Assembly (NCBI GenBank): GCA_963675295.2 | Contig: CAXXKJ010000002.1 | Location: forward strand, 192,001-256,000 | Direction of reading: 5' to 3' | Length of the DNA stretch: 64,000 nt | Origin: a bacterium | GTDB lineage: Bacteria > Electryoneota > Electryoneia > Electryoneales > Electryoneaceae | The notes under the pieces: generated by a model | The model's input: the letters and a program-made list of their open reading frames with translations, nothing else | Databases searched by the model: none | What the model was told of the DNA's origin: nothing | Position numbers and translations under genes: made by a program | Shown here: in pieces, positions 49,965-58,765 of the stretch | How the letters are laid out: each line of letters opens with the position of its first letter | Numbering within the stretch: the first letter of the stretch is position 1

Positions 49965-50981
49965 ATGATCATGCCCCCGACACACGGCGACCTGCAGGCA
50001 CGACGCACCCAACTTTCCGATATGGCCAACGGCTACCGCACGTCCGCGACCATCCTCGCGGCGATTGAACTCTGTGTGTTCAGCGCGTTGTCGAACGGCC
50101 CGAAAACCATGCCGGAGCTGGCGACCGAGCTGGCGTGTTCCGAACGCGGGCTACGTGGCCTGTTGGATGCGTTGGTCGGATTGGATCTGTTGCTGCTGGA
50201 CGACGGACACTACTCCCTGCACGGTCTCGCCGCTGAATTCCTCCGGGACGGGTCCCCTCTTTATATGGGCGACATTCTCGAGCACGGCGTGTCGTTGCTG
50301 AAACGCTGGGCGCATCTCGCGGACGCTGTCCGCAGCGGCAAACCGATCCGTGAAACAGGCAAACCGGAGCGCACGCCGGACGAATTGCGCGCGTTCATCC
50401 TCGGAATGCAGAACATCGCCGTGAAATCAGCTGAGCAGATGGTCGAGTTTCTTGATCTCGGGTCGGTCAACCGTATTCTTGACATCGGTGGCGGGCCGGG
50501 AACCTATTTGCACGCTGTCTTACGTGCCCGACCGGATGCCACCGGTAGTGTGTTGGATTTGCCCGATGTAATCAGTATCGCACGTGAACAAACTGAAAAG
50601 GTCGGGTTGACGGATCGCGTCTCGTACATCGAAGGCAGCATGTTCGATGTCGACTACGGTGGCCCGTGGGATCTCGCGATCCTGAGCAACATTATCCACA
50701 GTTGGGACGAATCTGCAAACGTTCAACTGATCACACGCGCGGCATCCTCCCTCGCTCCCGGCGGCTTCTTATTGATCAAGGACTTTTTCCTTGAGTCGAA
50801 CCGGACCACACCGCCTGACGGCGCTCTGTTCACCCTCAACATGCTGGTCGGCACCGAAGCCGGTCGTTCCTACAGTTGGCAGGAATGTGAAGACTGGCTC
50901 GCCTCGTCGGGTCTCAAACTTATACGTCGTGGCAAGGTTGGTATCAGTTCAGGATTGCTGCTGGCTCAGAAACCGCAGTAA
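49965..50981 (+). CDS. SAM-dependent O-methyltransferase (dimerisation + Methyltransf_2)
   Basis: AAIEL.VF, LDIGGGPG, LDLP, SNIIHSW, PGGFLLI. Confidence 0.9.
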   Translation: MIMPPTHGDLQARRTQLSDMANGYRTSATILAAIELCVFSALSNGPKTMPELATELACSERGLRGLLDALVGLDLLLLDDGHYSLHGLAAEFLRDGSPLYMGDILEHGVSLLKRWAHLADAVRSGKPIRETGKPERTPDELRAFILGMQNIAVKSAEQMVEFLDLGSVNRILDIGGGPGTYLHAVLRARPDATGSVLDLPDVISIAREQTEKVGLTDRVSYIEGSMFDVDYGGPWDLAILSNIIHSWDESANVQLITRAASSLAPGGFLLIKDFFLESNRTTPPDGALFTLNMLVGTEAGRSYSWQECEDWLASSGLKLIRRGKVGISSGLLLAQKPQ

Positions 50982-51469
50982 GAAATCCGGCGGCACGAGC
51001 TGATGACCCCTGTTTGAGAGCTCTTTCGGGCTCTCGGAGGCCTCATTCCCCATTCAACGCAGAATTCTCACAAGGATTCTGCGTTTTATGCATATAGGGT
51101 GGAATTTTACCCGATTCTTCTCATTTCGTCTCACTTTTCGCTAAAATTACAAAATACGATAACTCATTTTCACGAGAATCAGCGTTTTTCAAAATCCAAA
51201 ATGGTGATATGAGTAGAAGTCTGTGAAACGTAAGTCTCATCAGGGCTTGCGAGAATCGGAATTTGCTCACTGACGTCTCATTTGGGGATTTATCACAAAA
51301 TTCGGAGAATTTAGATGTTGGTTCTGATGGGGTTTGCATTCGCCTCGGTATTATTTACATTTCACTTCCAAGAGATTGTCCGAGGTAGGTCATATTTGCC
51401 CTGAGGGGGGATTCGACTACGGAGACCCTGAGCAACAAGAGAATCGCCGGTAACGACGGGATAAGTCGT

Positions 51470-52789
51470 TTGAAATACCGAGCATCCGCACGCTTTACGC
51501 GGCTCAGGGACCTCTCTCGCCTGTTGGCGCTGTTTCTTCTCATTCTTCTCATTGAGCCGGTCAAGGTCTTTGGTTTTCCGGCGTATCACACGATTTCGAG
51601 GTTTCACGCAGCAGTCTCTGAGTTGTCAGCGGCCGGCCGGATCGTTCCTGGCGAGGGAGATGATCGGACCGTTGGAGCGGTTGTTGCTGCGCCCGCGAAT
51701 GTTGGCGAAACGGCGTTTCCTTCGCTGAACGAACGTGCTGAAGCTCTACTCCATGATCGCCTGCCGATTCACGAGCCCAACCCTCATGTGTTGTTGGACA
51801 CTCGTGCGACGACGGATTCGGATGCCGTGTACGCGGTCTATCCGATTCAATTTGCCCGTCGTCAGTTGGCCGGATTCAATGCCGGGCCCGTGTTGACGCA
51901 GGCGATTCAGGACACCGCCCAGTATGGATCGGGTTGGCTGGTGACGTTGATGGTGCTGGGTACGCTGATTCTGCTGACGCTACTGCTGCGCGCCTACACC
52001 TCGCAACGCAGTGCCGCGAAGCTGGAACGGCTGGTGCAGGAACGCACCCGTCAACTTGAGGAATCAACCGAACAGGTCCGTTCGCTGGTGCACAACGCGG
52101 TGGTCGGCATCTTCCGCGCGACCGGGGACGGTCGCATTGTCACCACAAATCCGGCGCTGGCGAAGATCCTCTGCTGTACGCGGGAGGGGGAAATTCTGAA
52201 TCGTAACCTGCGGAATGACATTTTTGTTGACCCCGCGGCGTGGGATGAAATCAAGGCGTTGAAGGACACCGACGGTTGGATCGAGGGCGTCGAATCGAAG
52301 TGGATGCGGTGTGACGGCGAAACCGCGACGGTCCGGTTGAGTGGACGTTGGGTCAAGCGTGGCGACGACGAACCGGTCTGCGAGCTGATTGTCGAGGACA
52401 TTACGGCGTTGCTGAACGCCCGGGTCGCAGAGATCGAGGCGGAGCGGCTGCGTGGTGTGCAGAAGCTGGCAATCGCGGTCGCGCATGAGTTCAACAACCC
52501 GCTCAGCATCCTGCTTGGCACGTATCAGCTGTACCTCGAGCCGAACCTGCAGAATTTCGATCCGGACGTGCAGGACCGGCTGAATCGTATGCCGCAGACG
52601 GTCTCACGCATGCGGGACCTCGTCAACCGATTGTTGCGGATCTCGAAATTGCGTGAGGACGAATACCTGCACGGCGTGTCATACCTGAACCTGGTGCAGT
52701 CAGCGGACGAAAACGAAGAGCTGGCGCCGGTCGATGATTCGGAAGCGGTGTTCAGCGGAATCGGCGGCTCGCGGTTAAACGGCCCCTAG
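51470..52789 (+). CDS. membrane PAS-domain sensor with HisKA H-box but no ATPase domain
   Basis: TM segments, LERLVQERT, PAS (GIFR...NPAL), AHEFNNPL; stops about 95 aa later without N/G boxes. Start uncertain. Confidence 0.72.
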   Translation: MKYRASARFTRLRDLSRLLALFLLILLIEPVKVFGFPAYHTISRFHAAVSELSAAGRIVPGEGDDRTVGAVVAAPANVGETAFPSLNERAEALLHDRLPIHEPNPHVLLDTRATTDSDAVYAVYPIQFARRQLAGFNAGPVLTQAIQDTAQYGSGWLVTLMVLGTLILLTLLLRAYTSQRSAAKLERLVQERTRQLEESTEQVRSLVHNAVVGIFRATGDGRIVTTNPALAKILCCTREGEILNRNLRNDIFVDPAAWDEIKALKDTDGWIEGVESKWMRCDGETATVRLSGRWVKRGDDEPVCELIVEDITALLNARVAEIEAERLRGVQKLAIAVAHEFNNPLSILLGTYQLYLEPNLQNFDPDVQDRLNRMPQTVSRMRDLVNRLLRISKLREDEYLHGVSYLNLVQSADENEELAPVDDSEAVFSGIGGSRLNGP

Positions 52790-52926
52790 CAGCTGCAGGC
52801 GTTCCACCTGTTGGCTTAACACAGGAAGCACGACAGACAGATTCACGATCTCCGCAACGGTTGCCCGTTGCGTACAACAACCTCTTGGCGCGTAATCTCT
52901 CTCCTGGGTATGTGGCGCTGAGGTGG

Positions 52927-52959
52927 CCCGGCCGATGACCTCCGGCCGGGTTTTTCTTT
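52927..52959 (+). terminator. intrinsic terminator
   Basis: CCCGGCCG...CGGCCGGG followed by TTTTTCTTT. Confidence 0.7.
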
Positions 52960-53240
52960 GCCTGGTGCCCGTGATTGTCCACCGGTCGGTTTTGGCTGCT
53001 ATCACGGGTCAGCTATTGGATTGATCACATCCCGTATTCGACAACTAGAACCGCCAAATGTCCCTTTGCAGGAATCCGTCTCGCCCTCTGAGCGCGCAGG
53101 GTTCGGGTTACCTATCTTAGCGGATACGAAGCTTCACGCACGTGCCCCAGCTGGCTCCGCCAGTGGGGCTGATCGAGACAACACCAGTCCCGGCGAATCA
53201 TCCAACTGTCCGGCACCCAAACACACGGTAACTGATACCC

Positions 53241-54047
53241 ATGCGTCCGATTTTTCCCGATTCCGATAGCGTTGTCCTGTTCACCGGCAATTACGGCTCC
53301 GGCAAAACCGAGGTCTCGGTCAATGTCGCGACGGCGTTGGCGCGGTACGGCGGCGTCAAGGTGACCATCGCCGACCTCGACCTAGTGAATCCGTATTTTC
53401 GCAGCCGGGAAGCGCGTGGTCCGATGGAAGAGCTGGGCGTGAAGGTTGTCGCGCCGGCGGGTGACATGCACAACGCCGACCTGCCGATTCTGCTGCCGGA
53501 AGTACGCGGCGCGGTGGCAAATCCGGATGGCTTCACATTGCTCGACGTCGGCGGCGACAATGTCGGCGCGACGGTGTTATCCTCGCTGGTGCCGACGTTC
53601 AACGCACGCGGCTACGCGATGCATTTCGTGCTGAACAAGAACCGGCCGTTCACGGACACGGTTGACGGCGCGATGCGTCTGATGGACGAAATCGAGGCCG
53701 CCAGCAAGTTGAAAGTCACCCACATCACCGGCAACACCCACCTGATGGAAGACACGACGGTCGCGATGGCGCAGGAAGGTGCGGCCTTCTGTGCGGAAGC
53801 GGCGGAACGTCGCGGCGTCGACCCCGGTTTTGTTACGTGCCCGGCCACCGAACTGGTCAAGGCGAAGCTGCTCGACCCGGAACAGGCGCGGCAGGTTAAA
53901 GGTCTGCTCGACCTGGACGGCTTCTCCGGCATTCCGGTACTGCCGTTGAAACGCATCATGCTGCCGCCGTGGCTCGGTGGTCCGGCTCCCGGCTCGATGG
54001 CAACCCACTCCCGCGACCGGTTCTCCCAGCTGACCGGCAAAGGCTAA
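53241..54047 (+). CDS. P-loop NTPase (MinD/CbiA-like)
   Basis: GNYGSGKTE, DLDLVNPYFRSRE, DVGG. Confidence 0.8.
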   Translation: MRPIFPDSDSVVLFTGNYGSGKTEVSVNVATALARYGGVKVTIADLDLVNPYFRSREARGPMEELGVKVVAPAGDMHNADLPILLPEVRGAVANPDGFTLLDVGGDNVGATVLSSLVPTFNARGYAMHFVLNKNRPFTDTVDGAMRLMDEIEAASKLKVTHITGNTHLMEDTTVAMAQEGAAFCAEAAERRGVDPGFVTCPATELVKAKLLDPEQARQVKGLLDLDGFSGIPVLPLKRIMLPPWLGGPAPGSMATHSRDRFSQLTGKG

Positions 54048-54319
54048 CCCCCGCCCACCCCGTCGTCGAGCGCCTTCACCCCGATGGCACAATTCCTCAC
54101 GTTCGAACGGAATCCGTCAGCGGTTGGGGCTCACTGGCTCCGTATTTGTACTCCGGCAGGTTGTTTGCAAGAAGGATGTTGAGTGCGTGAACGAACCGGA
54201 TTTCCCGCCCCCGCTCGGGAGTTCGGCGAGAATTTGACACTCAATTTGACACTGTCGTTGTGAAATCGGGCTGAATCATGTAAACTCCCTGTCAAGCTTT
54301 TCCGTCGGCAGGGGGTGGG

Positions 54320-57300
54320 GTGAAAGTCAGGCTGGCGAAACGTTCGACATGGATTCTCGTGGCGGGGCTGGTGTTGCAGGCTGCCGCGCTGCTGGTGTAT
54401 CAGGGGTTTCACGACCGCCTTGTGCGCAGGGACACCCGAGGTTACCCCTATGTCGCGAAGCTGGAATTCACCCGTTCGGACGACTACAGCATCCTGACCA
54501 ACCTGCATTTCCTTTCTCCAGATACTGCTCACACCGCGTTTCTCTACCTGTGGTATGGCCGTACCGAGTTCGAACTGCGTGATGCCGCGTGGGAGGTTAC
54601 CGACCAGTATCACCTGCCGGGAAATGTGTGCCTGAGTCCGGGCCCCGGATTCGCGGATGTGGACGGCGACGGTTTGCACGAACTGCTGTATCTTCGCTTT
54701 TGGCCTGTGGAAGCGCTCACCAGCCAGCACACTACCAGCATTGACAGCGTTTGGCTGTGCGCGTATGGAGCGGACCGGGAAGAGGTGGTGCTGGAACGTT
54801 TGACCCCGGAGACGATGGCCGAGTTGTTCGACGCGCCAGCTGGTGCGGATGTGGTCAGCATCCATACCAACATGAACACTTCCAACCATGAGATCGCGCG
54901 GGAAGATGTATCCCCCTGTTTCGCGATCCACCTCAACCTGGAATACATCCCGCTCGATTACCGGCGGGCTGTGCTGGTGTATGAAAAGGGTAAAACTCCA
55001 CGCCGGACCTCTGTCTTCCACACCGCGAACATTTCCTCGCCCGGAATCTGGTCAACGCTGGACAACGGGCAGGTGGTGTATACGTTTGCCAGCAGTCCAC
55101 CGGCGAACGGCATCACGGTGCAAACCCGGCTGGATGACGGCAGCCTGGTTAAGTTGGTGGACGACCGGCTGCGCGCGATGCAAATCGACCCCTCCGGCCA
55201 CATCAACTGGATCCGGGAGTTCGGACCTGGAGGTGGTGGCACGCGGATCTTTCCGTCACCTGTCAAATCCGACCACCTGGTTGTGGTGGCAATCCGCAGT
55301 GCATTTACCGACATGCCCAGCGTGCTGGCGACAGAGCTGCGTTTGCAGGGCGGCATGGTAACCGACTCCATGCGCTGGTCCAACATGATGTTCCAGTCGT
55401 TTGTCGGTCCAGCAGTCCGCGACGGCTATTTTGGCAAGATCATCACGGATCCAAAGACCTCTATCATCCTCAAAAACCAACCCTCGTCGGCTTATTCAAT
55501 CCCGGTGGAATCGTCGCTGTACAGTGGCAGGGTTGAACTGTTCAAGATTGACGGCCGAACGGTGTTTGTGAACGCCCTTGGGTCGGAAACGATCCAGATT
55601 GTCGACGTGGACAATGGCGATGTGCTCAGCGTGCTGAACGGTCCATATCGTGTAGTGACAACAACCACAACGGGTGAAGCCGCCGCCTTGTCCGAGCGGC
55701 TGATCGTGTCGGATGGCGAACGGTATTCTGTGTTCACGTTCACGGAAAACCCGTTCGCGTTCTGGCGATTCTGGCATCACCGCTGGCTAATGGTGTTCTT
55801 GATCGTGCCGTTATTGCTGGTGGCGCTGGTACTTCTGGTCTCAGAAATACGTTACCGCCGGCGTGAGGAGAAACAGCAGCTGGAACAACGCATCAATGAG
55901 CTCAGCGACTCGTTGCAGACAACTGAAACCGAACGGAACACGGCTCGATCCCAGCAGGCATCGGACAAGCAGCGCGCGGATGAATTGCAGGCGGAAGTAC
56001 GGCGGGTTCGCGAGGATCAGTCACAAGCGCAAGCCCAGTATCAACAGAACGAACACCGCCTGCGGTTGCTCGTGGCACAGTTTACCTCGCTTTTGAACTC
56101 TGTCGAGGAAGGCCTGGCGGAAATCGACCAGCGTGGCATCATTCTGCAGGCCAACGAAGCATTTGCACGGACATGCGGCATGGCGCTCTCGTCCGTGACC
56201 GGCCAGCCAGCGTACCAAGTGTTCGGGATCACCAATCAATCGCTGCAGTCGTGGTTCACCGCTCATGAAGACCAGCCGCGGTTTTCCAGTTCGCTGGATG
56301 TTGATGTGGATGTGCAGGACCCACAGAGCGGAACCACGCTACGCAAACATCTGCACCTGCTGCAGCACCCGTTTCCCGGCGTGGACGGCAACCACCGTCT
56401 GTTGGTAATTCAACGCGCGGTGGCGGTCGAACCGGTGGTGGAGGCGAACACGCCCATCGCCCGTTTCGGCGGCATGATTACCTGTTCACCGTTGATGATA
56501 CGCGCGTTCGAGGAATTGCAGCATGCGTTGGACGAAAGCTTTCCGGCGCTGGTGATAGGCGAAAACGGTACCGGCAAAACGCAGCTTGTCCAGGGCTTGC
56601 GTGAGCTGTGCATTCAACGCAAAGTGCCATTCGTTGAACACAGCCCCGTCGCCTCCCCGGCCAACCTGTTGGAAGGCACATTGTTTGGCACACGGCGCGG
56701 CTCGTTCACCAGCGCCATTGATACACCAGGTTTGTTCAAGACGGCGGACGGTGGAATTCTGTTTCTGGATGAGATCGGCGAACTCCCCCTCGAGCTGCAG
56801 GTCAAATTGCTGAAAGCCACCGATCGCAACCCGGTCGAGATCATGCCGGTGGGAGCGTCAAAACCTGTAAAAGTTGACGTCAAATTGATCACCGCGACCA
56901 ACCGTGATTTGACAGATCTGGTTGCGCAGAAAACCTTCCAGGAGGATTTGTACTATCGTCTCTCAGGGCGTGTCATCCGGATTCCGGCGTTGCGTGACCG
57001 CCCCGAGGACGTTCCACTCCTGGTCGAACACTTTCTCGGACAGTGGCGTAAATCCAGTGGTAATAAGGAAATGCGCATTGATGACCACACGTTGAACCTG
57101 CTCATGCGGATGGACTGGCCGGGGAATGTGCGTCAACTCGAGCGTATGATCATGGTCGCGGCGACAAAAGCACGAGGAAACGTGCTGCATATCGACGAAC
57201 AGGAGATTGTCTCCGCAACGCATCAGAACGGAAACGGCAGTGCATCCACGAACGGCAGCTCCACCGAAACGCCTGTCCACAAGCCGAAAACCACAGAGCG

Positions 57301-57448
57301 CAGACGTCCTGGCAAGCCCTCTCGCGACGAGTTGCTCGCAGCCCTGGAGGCGCATGAGTACAACATCTCGAGCGTCGCCAAATCCTTCGGCTTTACCCGC
57401 CAGACGGTCCACAACTGGATGAATTCCTACGGGATCAAACGGTCCTGA
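54320..57448 (+). CDS. membrane-anchored sigma54-interaction-domain activator (TM-periplasmic domain-TM-coiled coil-PAS-AAA+-HTH)
   Basis: Two TM segments; [38 protein letters not shown], Fis-type HTH. Confidence 0.88.
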   Translation: MKVRLAKRSTWILVAGLVLQAAALLVYQGFHDRLVRRDTRGYPYVAKLEFTRSDDYSILTNLHFLSPDTAHTAFLYLWYGRTEFELRDAAWEVTDQYHLPGNVCLSPGPGFADVDGDGLHELLYLRFWPVEALTSQHTTSIDSVWLCAYGADREEVVLERLTPETMAELFDAPAGADVVSIHTNMNTSNHEIAREDVSPCFAIHLNLEYIPLDYRRAVLVYEKGKTPRRTSVFHTANISSPGIWSTLDNGQVVYTFASSPPANGITVQTRLDDGSLVKLVDDRLRAMQIDPSGHINWIREFGPGGGGTRIFPSPVKSDHLVVVAIRSAFTDMPSVLATELRLQGGMVTDSMRWSNMMFQSFVGPAVRDGYFGKIITDPKTSIILKNQPSSAYSIPVESSLYSGRVELFKIDGRTVFVNALGSETIQIVDVDNGDVLSVLNGPYRVVTTTTTGEAAALSERLIVSDGERYSVFTFTENPFAFWRFWHHRWLMVFLIVPLLLVALVLLVSEIRYRRREEKQQLEQRINELSDSLQTTETERNTARSQQASDKQRADELQAEVRRVREDQSQAQAQYQQNEHRLRLLVAQFTSLLNSVEEGLAEIDQRGIILQANEAFARTCGMALSSVTGQPAYQVFGITNQSLQSWFTAHEDQPRFSSSLDVDVDVQDPQSGTTLRKHLHLLQHPFPGVDGNHRLLVIQRAVAVEPVVEANTPIARFGGMITCSPLMIRAFEELQHALDESFPALVIGENGTGKTQLVQGLRELCIQRKVPFVEHSPVASPANLLEGTLFGTRRGSFTSAIDTPGLFKTADGGILFLDEIGELPLELQVKLLKATDRNPVEIMPVGASKPVKVDVKLITATNRDLTDLVAQKTFQEDLYYRLSGRVIRIPALRDRPEDVPLLVEHFLGQWRKSSGNKEMRIDDHTLNLLMRMDWPGNVRQLERMIMVAATKARGNVLHIDEQEIVSATHQNGNGSASTNGSSTETPVHKPKTTERRRPGKPSRDELLAALEAHEYNISSVAKSFGFTRQTVHNWMNSYGIKRS

Positions 57449-57468
57449 CTCCTGTTTTTCCACAGAGT

Positions 57469-57483
57469 TGGCACAGCCCTTGC
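57469..57483 (+). promoter_or_regulatory. sigma54 -24/-12 promoter
   Basis: TGGCAC-AGCCC-TTGC, an exact TGGCAC-N5-TTGC match, 20 bp after the activator stop codon. Confidence 0.7.
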
Positions 57484-57494
57484 CTTCAACTTGG

Positions 57495-57706
57495 CTGAAT
57501 TGTCAGGCATGGGGTCTGTTTTTACACTCATCAACGTGAGTTTATCGCGCTTTCCAATCAGGGCTATCCGCTATTTCGCCGATCCGCGCCCAATCAAAAG
57601 GCGATCAGCCAATGAGCCATGACACGCGTTGGGATGGGGGGTGAGCTTGTCCTCGTTATCGTCTGCCCGGTAAACCGAGGATGGTGTTGATCCCCCCTCT
57701 CTTTTT
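57495..57706 (+). ncRNA. candidate sigma54-dependent small RNA
   Basis: Lies downstream of the -24/-12 box with no convincing ORF; long stem-loop 57631-57700 then T5; second terminator-like hairpin 57742-57767. Confidence 0.35.
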
Positions 57707-57859
57707 GTTGTGATCCGGAATGTGGTTGGGAGGGGAAACGGCTCCGGCTTGTGCCGGAGTAGTTTTTGCATTCCCTTGTGAACATTTTTTCAGTATATTG
57801 CCGCCACAGGAAACATGGGAAACCTGCCCGCCGCCACGGGCACTCAGGGGGAATTCACG

Positions 57860-58642
57860 ATGGCCAGCCGGTACGCCAGCGAGGTTCGAACGTTTTGTCG
57901 CGCAAACGCAGATACGGATGTCGCAGCGAAGTATGGCCGTTTCTTCGTTGAAGGGTATGACCCGTGGGGCGTGGAGTCCAAGCTGGTCGAGAAGCAGCGT
58001 CAGCAGTGGCTGGCCGACTGGTCTGAGGAGCTGGATCTGGCCGGTTGGCTTACGCTCGCGGATGAACTTATTGCGGGCGAGAAATACGAGGAAATCAGTT
58101 TCGGGATCAGCTTTGCGGCCGCGCAGCGGGAGCGGTTTGATGACAGCGTCCTCCCCCACGTTACCGGCTGGCTGGAGCGTGGTTGTGTGCGCAACTGGGC
58201 GCATGCGGATGTCCTCGCCTGCAGCCTGATCCAGGCGTTGTTGCTCGACGGGCACAATGCTCTCGCCGATCTGGAATCATGGAGAGCGGCGTCGGACAAA
58301 TACCAGCGCCGTGTCGCGGCGACATCCGCGATGGCGTTGCTCGAAGGCGTGATGATCAACGCCGGCGGGCGTCCTGTTGGCGACAAATTCCCTGAGCGTG
58401 CTGTGTCGATCAGTGAGTTGCTGGCGTACATGCTGCCGCTGGTTGGCGACGAGATCAAGCAGGTGCAGCAGGGTGTCGGCTGGTTCCTGAAGAAGGCGTG
58501 GGAGGCCTTCCCGGACGATACCGAAGCCTGGCTGTTGGTCCACAAGCACGAGATCAAGCCGCTGGTGATGCGCACCGCAATCGAAAAGATACCGAAAGAC
58601 CGCAAGCCCGCGTTTCGGATAGCCCGCAAGAAATCCCGCTGA
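57860..58642 (+). CDS. DNA alkylation repair (AlkD-like HEAT repeat) protein
   Basis: NWAHAD, QRR, VQQGVGWFLK, MRTAIEK. Confidence 0.82.
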   Translation: MASRYASEVRTFCRANADTDVAAKYGRFFVEGYDPWGVESKLVEKQRQQWLADWSEELDLAGWLTLADELIAGEKYEEISFGISFAAAQRERFDDSVLPHVTGWLERGCVRNWAHADVLACSLIQALLLDGHNALADLESWRAASDKYQRRVAATSAMALLEGVMINAGGRPVGDKFPERAVSISELLAYMLPLVGDEIKQVQQGVGWFLKKAWEAFPDDTEAWLLVHKHEIKPLVMRTAIEKIPKDRKPAFRIARKKSR

Positions 58643-58765
58643 GCGCCGGCCCCCTCCTCCCGAGCTTCATTCACCCGAAGACCGCTGTGGTTCGCCGCTT
58701 GTATGGTTAGGTAATCTTAACTCTACATTGGGGGACGAACCATTGCATACTGAGCGGGAGAAATC

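Noticed and set aside
57631-57706. SRP (4.5S) RNA or a known riboswitch
   Set aside because: Lacks the SRP helix-8 motif (CAGG...GGAA...AGCAG) and any aptamer consensus I recognise; kept only as an unknown sRNA candidate.
57776-57793. Rex operator (TTGTGAA half-site), also 63721-63738
   Set aside because: The second half-site or the flanks match TTGTGAA-N4-TTCACAA poorly.
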